64,000 nucleotides of DNA, taken from NCBI GenBank assembly GCA_001800315.1, contig MGVE01000020.1:30641-94640 (forward strand). The letters run 5' to 3'. A program made the position numbers and the translations under genes. Position 1 is the stretch's first letter, and each line of letters starts with the position of its first letter. Source of the stretch: Elusimicrobia bacterium RIFOXYA2_FULL_47_53 (GTDB lineage Bacteria; Elusimicrobiota; Endomicrobiia; Endomicrobiales; XYA2-FULL-47-53). The notes below the pieces were generated by a model. The model was not told the DNA's origin. It searched no databases and saw only the letters and a list, made by a program, of their open reading frames with translations. Below are positions 1 to 8,670 of this stretch, piece after piece.

Positions 1-357
1 GTCGCGGCCTGGCTGCCGGTTGCCGCCTGGTGCGGGCTGATATTTTATTTTTCCTCAATACCCGACCTGAAAACTTCGCTGGGATTATGGGATTTAATTT
101 TAAGAAAAGCCGCTCACGCGTTTGAATATTTTGTGCTGTTCGCTCTTTCTTTCAGGGCGTTTAAGGCCGGCGCCGTTTCCGGCAGGAAGTTGTTTTTTTT
201 CGCTTTTGTATTTACGGTTCTCTATGCCTGCTCTGACGAGTTTCACCAGTCCTTTGTGGCCGACAGGGTCGGTTCGGTAAAAGATGTAGGCATAGATTCC
301 TTCGGCGCTCTGCTGGGATTAATCACCATAAGGAAAATATATGATAAGTCAAAATAA
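1..357 (+). CDS. VanZ-like family membrane protein, 5'-truncated by window edge
   Basis: Frame 1 is open from nt 1 (VAAWLPVAAWCGLIFYFSSIPD...KAAHAFEYFVLFAL...ACSDEFHQSFVADRVGSVKDVGIDSFGA). The AHxxEY and SDExHQxFxxxR motifs and hydrophobic segments are typical of the VanZ family. Confidence 0.6.
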   Translation, partial: VAAWLPVAAWCGLIFYFSSIPDLKTSLGLWDLILRKAAHAFEYFVLFALSFRAFKAGAVSGRKLFFFAFVFTVLYACSDEFHQSFVADRVGSVKDVGIDSFGALLGLITIRKIYDKSK

Positions 358-1186
358 GGCATTGTTAGCAGTTGCGGCGGCCGCGCTTTTTCTCTCGGGC
401 TGCGGGGCTAAATACCAGTTTGAGAAAGCCAGAAAGCTTGAGGCCAAAGGGTATTTCGTTGAAGCGGCTATCCAATACGAGAATGTCAGCAAAAAGTATC
501 CGGAATTTGAGAAGTCACCGGAGGCGTTGCTCAGTATAGGCGATATTTACCGCAAAAGGCTTAAAATATATTCACACGCGCACAGATACTACAGAGAGCT
601 TCTGGAAAAATACCCGAATTCAAAACCCTGGGCGGGGCTGGCTAAAGAGGGGCTGTTAAACTCGCCGGATTATTATCCGCTTAGAGCCGGAAGTTTCTGG
701 ATAGAGGGAGATTCGGCTTCGGGCGGCAGGAATATGCGTTCGGAATGGAACTGCGCGGAAGTTTCCACGGGAGTTTACTCGGTCCAGAGGCGGATTTTCG
801 CCGGAGCGCGCAAGGTCACGGAGATAACCAGATATTTTAAGAAAAGCGGCTATGAGCTGCTGGAGTCGGTGACTAATTCTTTTAATGATTCGTCGGTAAT
901 ACTGGCTTACCCCCTGGTTACGGGCCGCCAGTGGGAAACAAATAAGGACGGCAGCACGGTGGTATTCAGGGTGGAGGCCGAGAAGCTTCAGGTTACGGTA
1001 AAAGCGGGCAGTTTTGAAGGATGCCTGAAAATAAGCGAAGAGTCCCAGGCCGCCAGAGGCTCAAGAAAATATATTTACTACGCGCCCGAAGTAGGCTGGA
1101 TATTGACCTCGGTCGCCGCCGCGGGCGGAGAAGAACACAGAAATACGGAACTGCTCTCGTACAAAATAAGCCAGCAGGAGAAATAA
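341..1186 (+). CDS. Lipoprotein with TPR/YbgF-like N-terminal region
   Basis: Signal peptide with lipobox (LLAVAAAALFLSGC). TPR-like helix pairs (AIQYENVSKKYPEFEKSPEALLSIGDIYRK...YYRELLEKYPNS). The ATG overlaps the upstream stop. Confidence 0.55.
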   Translation: MISQNKALLAVAAAALFLSGCGAKYQFEKARKLEAKGYFVEAAIQYENVSKKYPEFEKSPEALLSIGDIYRKRLKIYSHAHRYYRELLEKYPNSKPWAGLAKEGLLNSPDYYPLRAGSFWIEGDSASGGRNMRSEWNCAEVSTGVYSVQRRIFAGARKVTEITRYFKKSGYELLESVTNSFNDSSVILAYPLVTGRQWETNKDGSTVVFRVEAEKLQVTVKAGSFEGCLKISEESQAARGSRKYIYYAPEVGWILTSVAAAGGEEHRNTELLSYKISQQEK

Positions 1187-1188
1187 GA

Positions 1189-1461
1189 ATGGATTTAAAA
1201 ACGCTGTTAAGCGCGTTTGGCCTCATCTTTCTCGCCGAACTGGGCGACAAGACACAGCTCGCCGCGATAAGCCTTGTGAGCTCAACGAAAAAACCCCTTG
1301 AGGTATTTTTAGGCGCCGCGGCCGCTCTGGCCGCTGTAACCGCCATAGGAGTGCTTTTCGGGGAAGGGCTTGTTAAGCTTGTGCCCGAGAATATCATTCA
1401 TTCCGGCGCCGCGGTTCTCTTTATAGCGATAGGCGTGCTTATGCTGACGGGCAAGTTTTAA
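1189..1461 (+). CDS. UPF0016 (GDT1/TMEM165-type) single-domain cation transporter subunit
   Basis: ATG at 1189 is in frame inside tracked ORF 1021..1461. The part upstream of 1189 overlaps the lipoprotein gene. E-x-G-D-K-T motif (LAELGDKTQLA); about 90 aa with 3 hydrophobic helices. Confidence 0.75.
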   Translation: MDLKTLLSAFGLIFLAELGDKTQLAAISLVSSTKKPLEVFLGAAAALAAVTAIGVLFGEGLVKLVPENIIHSGAAVLFIAIGVLMLTGKF

Positions 1462-1484
1462 TTTTTGTTTAAAAAGGATTACCG

Positions 1485-1901
1485 ATGGCATTTCCCAAAA
1501 TAATTTTCCCGGGCATTTTTAAAAATAAAAATACGGTAAAAATAGCCCGAAGCGACCGCGAAAGAAGAAATTCTCTGCGCGTTGACATGATCGCCCCCCT
1601 GGTGCTTAGAAGGCCGGCCGGGAAACAGCATGATATTATGCGCGACATCAGCGAAGTGGGACTGCGCCTTGAGTCGGAGGCCGACCTCGGCATAAACGGC
1701 GTATACGATTTTGAGATAAGCCTGCCCGAGGGGCCCAAAATAAAGCTCGGCGGCGAGGTTAAGTGGAAAAAAGACCGCGGCGGCACTATTTTTTACGGTA
1801 TCAAATTTAACAATGTCGGGTTTCTTTCCGGAGTAAGGCTGAAATCATACTTAAGGAAACACGAGAAAAGCGCCATAAAGGAAACCAACAGAAGAAAATG
1901 A
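1485..1901 (+). CDS. PilZ domain protein (c-di-GMP receptor)
   Basis: RxxxR motif (RERRNSLRVD) followed by D/NxSxxG (DISEVGLRL), a beta-rich core and a basic C-terminal tail. Confidence 0.75.
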   Translation: MAFPKIIFPGIFKNKNTVKIARSDRERRNSLRVDMIAPLVLRRPAGKQHDIMRDISEVGLRLESEADLGINGVYDFEISLPEGPKIKLGGEVKWKKDRGGTIFYGIKFNNVGFLSGVRLKSYLRKHEKSAIKETNRRK

Positions 1902-2452
1902 AAACGCTTGACGAAATAATCAAAGAAAGACGAAGCATAAGAAAGTATTCGGACAAGCCCGTGGAAACCGAGAAAATACAACAGGCGCTTGAAGCGGCAA
2001 GGCTCGCTCCTTCGGCCTGCAACGAACAGCCCTGGCGTTTTGTCGCGGTCAGCGAGAAAAGTTTAAGAGACAGCCTCATTGAAAACGGGCTCGGCGTTAT
2101 CGTCCCGAACAAATGGGCAAGATCGGCCCCGGCCGTAATAGTTGTCTGCAGTGAGCTTAAACTCTTTACTCATAAAATCGCCGAACAGGTTCAGGGGGTC
2201 CATTACCATCTTATAGATATTGGAATAGCCTGTGAACACCTGGTTCTGAAAGCCGCGGAGCTGGGGCTTGGCACCTGCTATATCGGCTGGTTTAACGCCA
2301 AAGGCGTTTCCAAAGTTCTGGGCCTGCCTTCGTCATGGAAAGTTGAGTGCCTTATAACGCTCGGCTACCCGGCCGACACGCCCGACGCGTCCCCGAGAAA
2401 GCCGCTTGATAAAATCTCCTTCATAAACCCTGATAAAAACAGTTTTAAATAA
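1898..2452 (+). CDS. Nitroreductase family protein
   Basis: N-terminus RRSIRKYSDKPV...LEAARLAPSACNEQPWRFVAV is the classic nitroreductase signature. ATGA overlap with the PilZ gene. Confidence 0.85.
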   Translation: MKTLDEIIKERRSIRKYSDKPVETEKIQQALEAARLAPSACNEQPWRFVAVSEKSLRDSLIENGLGVIVPNKWARSAPAVIVVCSELKLFTHKIAEQVQGVHYHLIDIGIACEHLVLKAAELGLGTCYIGWFNAKGVSKVLGLPSSWKVECLITLGYPADTPDASPRKPLDKISFINPDKNSFK

Positions 2453-2507
2453 ATTCCGCCAGCCGGCGCGGTTGACGCGCCGCCGCGAATATTTCCGCCG
2501 GTTAAAT

Positions 2508-5450
2508 ATGAAAAACAATCCCTCTGCGAAACCCGCCGCGAAAACCGAAATCCTCAAAGAAATCCTGACGGGATTAAATCCGCTGCAAAAAAAAGCCGTC
2601 AAGTTTTCCGACGGCCCTCTGCTGATAGTCGCGGGCGCAGGCACGGGCAAAACCACGGTTATTACCCGCCGCATAGCTTACCTGATATCTTCAAAAAAGG
2701 CCAAACCCTCCGAGATACTCGCGCTGACATTTACGGATAAAGCTGCTTCCGAGATGGAAGAGCGCGTGGATATGCTGGTCCCTTACGGGTTCAACGATGT
2801 CTGGATATCCACATTCAACGCTTTCGGCGACAGGGTGCTGAGGGAAAACGCGCTTGAAATAGGGCTCTCAACGGATTACAGGCTGCTTGCCGCGCCGGAA
2901 GCCGCGGTGCTCATAAAGGAAAATCTTTTTTCGTTCCCTTTAAAACATTACAGGCCTCTCGGCAACCCGTCCCAGTATATCGCTTCGCTTTTAGAGGTTT
3001 TTTCCAGGGCCAAGGACGAAAACATCGGGCCCGACGAATACATAAAGTTCGCGGAAACCGCGCTGGCCGCGGCCAGAGAACCCGAAGCCGTGGAGAACTG
3101 CGAGAAACAGCTTGAGGCGGCTCTTTCCTACAAACGCTACGAGGAAATAAAAGACAAAGGCGGTTTTCTGGATTTCGGAGACCAGGTCGTAAAGACTTTA
3201 AAGCTCTTCAGCGAAAAGCCTTCGGTGCTGGAAAAATACACGGGTATGTTTAAGTATGTTCTTATTGACGAGTTTCAGGATACCAACTACTCCCAGTTTG
3301 AAATGATAAAGCTCCTCTGCTCAAAACACGGAAACATCACTGTCGTAGGCGATGACGATCAGTCTATTTACAAATTTCGCGGAGCCTGCCTGTCCAATAT
3401 TTTAAACTTTAAAAAGACTTATCCCGCGGCGGCCCAGGTGGTTCTGCGCGACAACTACCGTTCCACCCAGCCTATATTGGACTCGTCTTACAAACTCATA
3501 AACCACAACAATCCCGACCGCCTTGAGGTAAGGAACAAAATAGTCAAGAAGCTCAAATCACAGCTCCAGGGCGGGCACGAGGTCAAGCACCTTCACTACG
3601 ATACGCTTTCAAGCGAGGCCGACGAGATAGCAAAAATGATAAAAGAAAAACACGGCTCCGGAAAATACGCGTACAAAGATTTTGCCGTGCTCGTGCGCCT
3701 CAACAGTTCGGCCGCTCCGTTCATAAAATCATTTAATCTCTTCGGCATACCCTGGCGTTTCTCAGGAAACAGCGGGCTTTATAACAGGGAAGAGATAAGG
3801 CTTCTTCTCTCATTTTTAAGGGTCATGGCAAACCCCGAGGATTCCCTGAGCCTGCATTACCTTGCCTCTTCGCCGGTTTACACTTTTAACGCGGTGGACC
3901 TGGCATTGCTCAACCATGCCGCGAGCCATTACAGGCGTTCGCTCTATTTCGTGCTTGAAAACCGCGAGAAATTCAAGGAGCTTGAAAATATATCCGAGCA
4001 CAGCCTGGCGAACATTGAAAAACTTAAGGCGGACCTCGCTGAATATTATGCCATGGCCCAGAACTGCCGCACGGGCGAGCTGCTCTACACCTTTTTAAAG
4101 AAAAGCAAAATACTTGAGCGGCTTTACAACGCGACGGAGATAAAAGAAATAGAGCAGGCCCAGAACATAGCCAAGTTTTTCTCAATAATTTCAAGGTTCG
4201 GGGATTTCGCTCCTTACGACAGGGTCCAGCGGTTTGTGGAACACTTAGACACCCTTGCTTCCTGCGGAGACGACCCTTCAGTGGCGGAAGCGGATTTTGA
4301 CATTGACGCCGTCAACATTATGACTATCCATAAGGCCAAGGGGCTTGAGTTTCCCGTGGTGTTTATGGTAACGCTGGTGGAACAAAAATTTCCCCTGCCC
4401 GATAAAGGCTCAAAGATTGAACTTCCCGAGGGGCTTATCAAAGACATCCTGCCGGAAGGCGAATTCCACATTCAGGAAGAGAGAAGGCTTTTCTATGTGG
4501 GAATGACCAGGGCCAAGGACGAGCTTTACCTTACAAGCGGCAGGGATTACGGCGGAAAGAAGGCCAGAAAAATATCCCGTTTTGTTCTGGAAGCCGTTGA
4601 CAGGCCTCAGGCCGACGCCGCGGTTTTTAAAGCCGGCATTAAAGAGACCATTGAACGCTTTGCTCCGCCCTTCGTCGCGGCCGACGCCAATCTCGTGCTT
4701 CCGGGCGACCGGGGAATATTAAACCTCTCTCCCTACGCCATTGACGACTATATTACCTGCCCGCAGAAATACAAATATGTGCATATACTTAAAGTCCCGC
4801 TCCTGCGCCACCACGCCATTGTCTTCGGCGACGCCGTTCACAAGGTTTTGCGGGAATACTATATGGCAAAGAAAAATTCGCGCGATTTTACCGAGCAGGA
4901 CCTGGTCAGGGCCTATGAGGCCGCGTGGTCTCCCGCAGGCTTTTTAAGCCGCGAGCACGAAGACGAAAGGTTCCGCGCCGGCCGCGAAGTGCTTATTAAA
5001 TATTTCCGTTCCGAGGAAAAATCGGGCATAGTGCCGGTATCGGTAGAAGAGGATTTTAAATTTTTATTAAACGACAAAGTCCGCGTGAAGGGCCGCTGGG
5101 ACCGCCTTGACGAGAGAGGAAAAGAAAGGGTTATAGTGGATTTTAAGACCACCGGCAGGATAAAAGACCAGGAAGACGCCGACGCGGAAATTAAAAAAAC
5201 CAAGCAGCTGTTAATCTATGCCATGGGCCACGAGGCGAAATACGGTTCCCTGCCCGACTACCTGGAACTGCATTTTCTTGAGCCGGGCCTGATATCAAGA
5301 ATTAAACCCGATTTGGAAGCCATAGTAAAGCTTAAAGCCGAGATAATCAAAGTAGCCGAAGGGATTTCCTCGCGGAACTTCACCGCAAAGCCCGCCTATA
5401 TGGCCTGCCAGTACTGCGCTTATTCAAACATCTGCCCTGAACAGGATTAA
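2508..5450 (+). CDS. UvrD/PcrA-type helicase fused to PD-(D/E)XK (Cas4/AddB-like) nuclease with Cys cluster
   Basis: Walker A AGAGTGKTTV, motif II DEFQDT, motif III VGDDDQSIYKFRGA, TIHKAKGLEFPVVF. The C-terminus has CPQKYKY ... DFK ... QLLIYA ... CQYCAYSNIC (C...CxxCx5C). ATG 2508 preferred over the tracked TTG 2472. Confidence 0.85.
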   Translation: MKNNPSAKPAAKTEILKEILTGLNPLQKKAVKFSDGPLLIVAGAGTGKTTVITRRIAYLISSKKAKPSEILALTFTDKAASEMEERVDMLVPYGFNDVWISTFNAFGDRVLRENALEIGLSTDYRLLAAPEAAVLIKENLFSFPLKHYRPLGNPSQYIASLLEVFSRAKDENIGPDEYIKFAETALAAAREPEAVENCEKQLEAALSYKRYEEIKDKGGFLDFGDQVVKTLKLFSEKPSVLEKYTGMFKYVLIDEFQDTNYSQFEMIKLLCSKHGNITVVGDDDQSIYKFRGACLSNILNFKKTYPAAAQVVLRDNYRSTQPILDSSYKLINHNNPDRLEVRNKIVKKLKSQLQGGHEVKHLHYDTLSSEADEIAKMIKEKHGSGKYAYKDFAVLVRLNSSAAPFIKSFNLFGIPWRFSGNSGLYNREEIRLLLSFLRVMANPEDSLSLHYLASSPVYTFNAVDLALLNHAASHYRRSLYFVLENREKFKELENISEHSLANIEKLKADLAEYYAMAQNCRTGELLYTFLKKSKILERLYNATEIKEIEQAQNIAKFFSIISRFGDFAPYDRVQRFVEHLDTLASCGDDPSVAEADFDIDAVNIMTIHKAKGLEFPVVFMVTLVEQKFPLPDKGSKIELPEGLIKDILPEGEFHIQEERRLFYVGMTRAKDELYLTSGRDYGGKKARKISRFVLEAVDRPQADAAVFKAGIKETIERFAPPFVAADANLVLPGDRGILNLSPYAIDDYITCPQKYKYVHILKVPLLRHHAIVFGDAVHKVLREYYMAKKNSRDFTEQDLVRAYEAAWSPAGFLSREHEDERFRAGREVLIKYFRSEEKSGIVPVSVEEDFKFLLNDKVRVKGRWDRLDERGKERVIVDFKTTGRIKDQEDADAEIKKTKQLLIYAMGHEAKYGSLPDYLELHFLEPGLISRIKPDLEAIVKLKAEIIKVAEGISSRNFTAKPAYMACQYCAYSNICPEQD

Positions 5451-5457
5451 TATCAGT

Positions 5458-5569
5458 GGTAAGGGGTAAGGGATATGCGGTAAGTGAGGGGCTTTTTTCT
5501 CAGGCTGATCGGCCCGCGTTTTTACTTACCCCTTACCACCTACCACATACCACCTACCCCTTACCCCTG
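5458..5569. terminator. Long imperfect palindrome of GGTAAGG/CCTTACC units between convergent genes (probable bidirectional terminator)
   Basis: ggtaaggggtaag (5458-5470) is the exact reverse complement of cttaccccttacc (5525-5537). There is further ggtaagt/acttacc pairing, and gaggggcttttttctc supplies a T-run. Confidence 0.5.
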
Positions 5570-6466
5570 CTACTTCTGTGATATTATATATTTCTCGGCG
5601 AAATGGTGGGGATAATAGGACATCTTGGCTTTTCTCAGGCCGTCGTCGCCCATGTCCTGCTCTCTGTTCACAAATTTAAAACTTTTCAGCTTCTCCGAAC
5701 AGAAAAAATTGTTTATAGCCTGGTAAATACCGCGGAAGTGAGTGTTGGCCTTCTCAATGTGTATCACGGCGGTGCTGTCGTCTAAAGCTTCCCCGACGGC
5801 AAACGCCTCCACCTCGTCGTTGATAATTATGGCGGCGCCCAGGAGTTTAAGCTTGTGGTAATTGCTCAAAATCTTGAATACAAACCTGCTTTCCATGGAC
5901 ATGGATTCATCCATCAGGCAGGATTTAATGTTGCACCATTTCTCCTGCAGCTGCATGCAGGCGAAGAGCACGCGCTTATCCATTTCAACGAGCCTGTAAT
6001 CGTAATTTCTCTTAAACTGCGCGACAAGGTTTCGTTTCGCCTGGTACTTTGAGCCCGGCAGGTCAATAAGGTCTTTCGTCAGGTAGGTATAATCAAAATT
6101 ATTCCGGTCGCTTTCAATTTCGTAGCGCGGGTTGTCCTGGAAGCGGCGCAGAAACTCTTTTGGCGCGGCGACAAAACGCCCGCCGCCGTATTTTTCTTTG
6201 AGGTGTTTAAAGCAGGTATTAACAGTTTCGTTTATTTTATTTGAGCCGAGGGGCGGCAGAAAAAAATGTTTTTTCAGGTAGCGCCCGAAAATACAGATGT
6301 TGCCGTTTATTTTGGACGCCTCAAGCTCCAGGCTTTCCAGGTACCCGAAAATAAATCCCGTTGAAAATTCGGAGAGGCCGTAAGCCGTCTGCCGGGCCGC
6401 TGTTTCAATCTCGGCGAGGTCTTCAATTGACGGGGCGCGAACAGCCGGGTAATCTGGTATCGCCAT
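5570..6466 (-). CDS. DUF2156 protein (MprF/LPG-synthase C-terminal domain-like, putative aminoacyl-tRNA-dependent transferase)
   Basis: About 300 aa with the family layout: SKYQAKRNLVAQFKRNY, GAAIIINDEVEAFAVGE, IHIEKANTHFRGIYQ, REQDMGDDGLRKAKMSYYP. Confidence 0.7.
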   Translation of the reverse strand: MAIPDYPAVRAPSIEDLAEIETAARQTAYGLSEFSTGFIFGYLESLELEASKINGNICIFGRYLKKHFFLPPLGSNKINETVNTCFKHLKEKYGGGRFVAAPKEFLRRFQDNPRYEIESDRNNFDYTYLTKDLIDLPGSKYQAKRNLVAQFKRNYDYRLVEMDKRVLFACMQLQEKWCNIKSCLMDESMSMESRFVFKILSNYHKLKLLGAAIIINDEVEAFAVGEALDDSTAVIHIEKANTHFRGIYQAINNFFCSEKLKSFKFVNREQDMGDDGLRKAKMSYYPHHFAEKYIISQK

Positions 6467-6470
6467 AATT

Positions 6471-7265
6471 TTACTCCGATAGCCGCAGTATCATGCCGCT
6501 TTTCCTGGCTTTTTCAAAGGCAAAGCCCAGGAGCCAGAAGAGCAAAAACACATAGGCCGCGCTGAGCGTAAAACCGGTTAAAAGCGAGTTTGAAAAAACC
6601 GGCGTATAGCCGTAAAAGGACCTGTAATATTCCAGAAAATGAGTCAGCGGGATAGCCGCGGCCAGCAGCGCGAAAGGTTTGGGCAGAAAACTCACGGGAT
6701 AGTATATGCCGCTGACAAGCATTAACAGGGTGGAAAGAGACCAGGCCGTCACTTCAACCCTCTGGCCGTAAAGCATGATAAGCAGGCAGACCAGCATTCC
6801 TATCACCAGCGCGCTTAAAAAAATCCCGCAGGCAAAAATCAGTGTCGGAACGGCGCCGGCAAGCCTGAAATGAAAGGCCCACATGGCGAAAACCCCGAGC
6901 ATGGCAAAAACTATCGCGCCGCGCAGAACGCCTATTATCCACGAGCCGATAATGTAGTCAAACTGGCTGACCGGCGCCATAAAAGTGTGCTTTATGCTTT
7001 TAGACCAGATGTCGTAGAGCAGGCTGTAGGAAACATCCAGCTGGGCCACCTGCACCACGCCGGCTGTTATCGCGCCCGTCAGAATAAAGGCGAGCGCGTC
7101 GCCGTCTAATTTGAGGAAAGAGCCCATGATGCCGATGGACAGGAGGCTCACAATTGGCCAGAAAAGAATTTCCATGAACGCGAAGAAATTTCTTTTGGCG
7201 AAAATATAGTTTCTGTAGGAAAAGGCATAAGTTTTATTCAGCAAGCTCAATGAACGCCTCCTCAA
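6471..7265 (-). CDS. ABC-2 type transporter permease
   Basis: About 6 hydrophobic helices. Overlaps the upstream ATPase gene by 32 nt, which is typical of an ABC-2 exporter pair. Confidence 0.75.
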   Translation of the reverse strand: MRRRSLSLLNKTYAFSYRNYIFAKRNFFAFMEILFWPIVSLLSIGIMGSFLKLDGDALAFILTGAITAGVVQVAQLDVSYSLLYDIWSKSIKHTFMAPVSQFDYIIGSWIIGVLRGAIVFAMLGVFAMWAFHFRLAGAVPTLIFACGIFLSALVIGMLVCLLIMLYGQRVEVTAWSLSTLLMLVSGIYYPVSFLPKPFALLAAAIPLTHFLEYYRSFYGYTPVFSNSLLTGFTLSAAYVFLLFWLLGFAFEKARKSGMILRLSE

Positions 7266-7980
7266 GGTTATGGCCTTCCGTAAGAGCTACAATCTCGCTT
7301 CTGGTGCCGACGGCTTTAATAATCCCGTCTTTTATGAAGGCTATCCTGCCGCAGAGCTCCTCGGCTTCTTTCATGTAATGGGTAGTGAGTATTATGGTAA
7401 TGTCCCTCTCGCCGTGAATTTTTCTTATAAGTTCGCGGATTTTCTTGGCTATATCCGGGTCCAGGCCTATGGTGGGCTCGTCTAAAAACAGCAGTTTGGG
7501 GTTGTTTATCATGGATTTTGCCAGAGCGAGCTTCTGCTTGTTTCCCGAGGAGAGCTGGTCGTAGCGGACGGAGCGGTATTTTTCCAGAGAAAACATCTTG
7601 ATGCAGTTTTGAATGATATCGCCGCAGTCTTTGTCGCAGATGCCGTAAAGGAGCGAGTAGAATTTCAGGTTTTCCTCTACGGTAAGGCTCCACGGGAAGT
7701 TGGGTATGCCCGAGCACATGTTTAATTCTTCTTTAAGGCTTACCGGCATCTTTTTTGAGATGTCGTGCCCCAGGACCTCCACGAAACCCGAGTCGGCGGC
7801 GAGCTGGCCCGAAAAAATATTCAAAAGCGTGGTTTTGCCGGCCCCGTTGGTTCCGAGCAGGCCGAAAATCTCGCCTTTATTTACGGAGAGCTCCACGCCC
7901 TTGAGCGCGTGATTTTTTTTGCGCCCCATGAATCCGGAGCGGTATGTTTTATGGATATCCCTGGCGTTTATGCTTAACAT
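7234..7980 (-). CDS. ABC transporter ATP-binding protein
   Basis: Walker A GTNGAGKTT, signature LSSGNKQKL, Walker B LLFLDEPTIGLD, H-loop TTHYM. Confidence 0.9.
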   Translation of the reverse strand: MLSINARDIHKTYRSGFMGRKKNHALKGVELSVNKGEIFGLLGTNGAGKTTLLNIFSGQLAADSGFVEVLGHDISKKMPVSLKEELNMCSGIPNFPWSLTVEENLKFYSLLYGICDKDCGDIIQNCIKMFSLEKYRSVRYDQLSSGNKQKLALAKSMINNPKLLFLDEPTIGLDPDIAKKIRELIRKIHGERDITIILTTHYMKEAEELCGRIAFIKDGIIKAVGTRSEIVALTEGHNLEEAFIELAE

Positions 7981-8052
7981 ATATATAGTCCCTGCTGAGT
8001 TTTATTCTAACAAATATTGCTTATCCGGACAATAGCATATATTTCCCCAAAT

Positions 8053-8098
8053 CCTCAGATAGCGACCAAGTCCTGACGGTGAAGATTTGACCAGACAG
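8053..8098 (-). repeat. Repeat unit sharing a 15-nt identical core with 63188-63232
   Basis: The reverse complement ctgtctggtcaaatcttcaccgtcagg... matches cctgtccggtaaaatcttcaccgtcaat... at 63188-63232. Core AAATCTTCACCGTCA is identical. Confidence 0.6.
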
Positions 8099-8290
8099 CT
8101 AAAGTCACCCTGAACGAAGTGAAGGGTCTCGTTTTTCATTCAACGACGAAGTTCTTCGTTCGCCACGGGTCGTCATTGCAGAATTGTTTAGTCAGAAGAC
8201 ACCAAAGTAACTGATTTTAAAGCAGTGATTATATATTGATATACCGAGAAGCGGCTTAACTGCCGGTGAGTCGGATATTCCAACACCTGA

Positions 8291-8568
8291 TTTTAACTTT
8301 CTTTGAGCGCTCAAAGAAAGTTAATAAAGAAACGCGCCCCCGCGAGCCATTCGCAAAAGTATTTTAGGCAGTCTTGCAAACTCCCTGCCTTGTCGGCAGG
8401 TCAAACAGGCAAGACTGAAGACCTCCAAAAAAACTTTTGCTCATAACCGGCCCGGAAGGGGTGTGACGACACAAAGAAGTCCGCCGTTCACTTACAACTA
8501 AAACTTATAACCTAAATGTTTGTCTACAATCCACAAAAACCCAGAACGACCACGCCACCTTACCGGAG
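8291..8568 (+). repeat. Structured interspersed element, copy A1 (palindromic head plus nested stem-loop body plus tail)
   Basis: Perfect 28-nt palindrome 8295-8322 (aactttctttgagc/gctcaaagaaagtt). Block 8336-8413 is identical over 78 nt to 29666-29743. The tail agaacgaccacgccaccttaccgg recurs at 29861-29886 and inverted at 62738-62764. Confidence 0.8.
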
Positions 8569-8596
8569 GATTAGGTATTTTCAGGCGAAATCCCTC

Positions 8597-8625
8597 TTGA
8601 CAATCGTCAATAATTGAGTTAGAAT
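8597..8625 (+). promoter_or_regulatory. Sigma70-like promoter upstream of flbD-motAB
   Basis: TTGACA (8597-8602), 17-nt spacer, TAGAAT (8620-8625), 45 nt upstream of the flbD ATG. Confidence 0.5.
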
Positions 8626-8670
8626 TAGCCCTGAAGCCTGGACAAAACCAGCCTGAAGAAATACCAAATA

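Noticed and set aside
1021-1188. N-terminal 56-aa extension of the UPF0016 ORF (tracked start 1021).
   Set aside because: The extension overlaps the 3' end of the lipoprotein gene in another frame and is Arg-rich nonsense. The conserved protein begins at ATG 1189.
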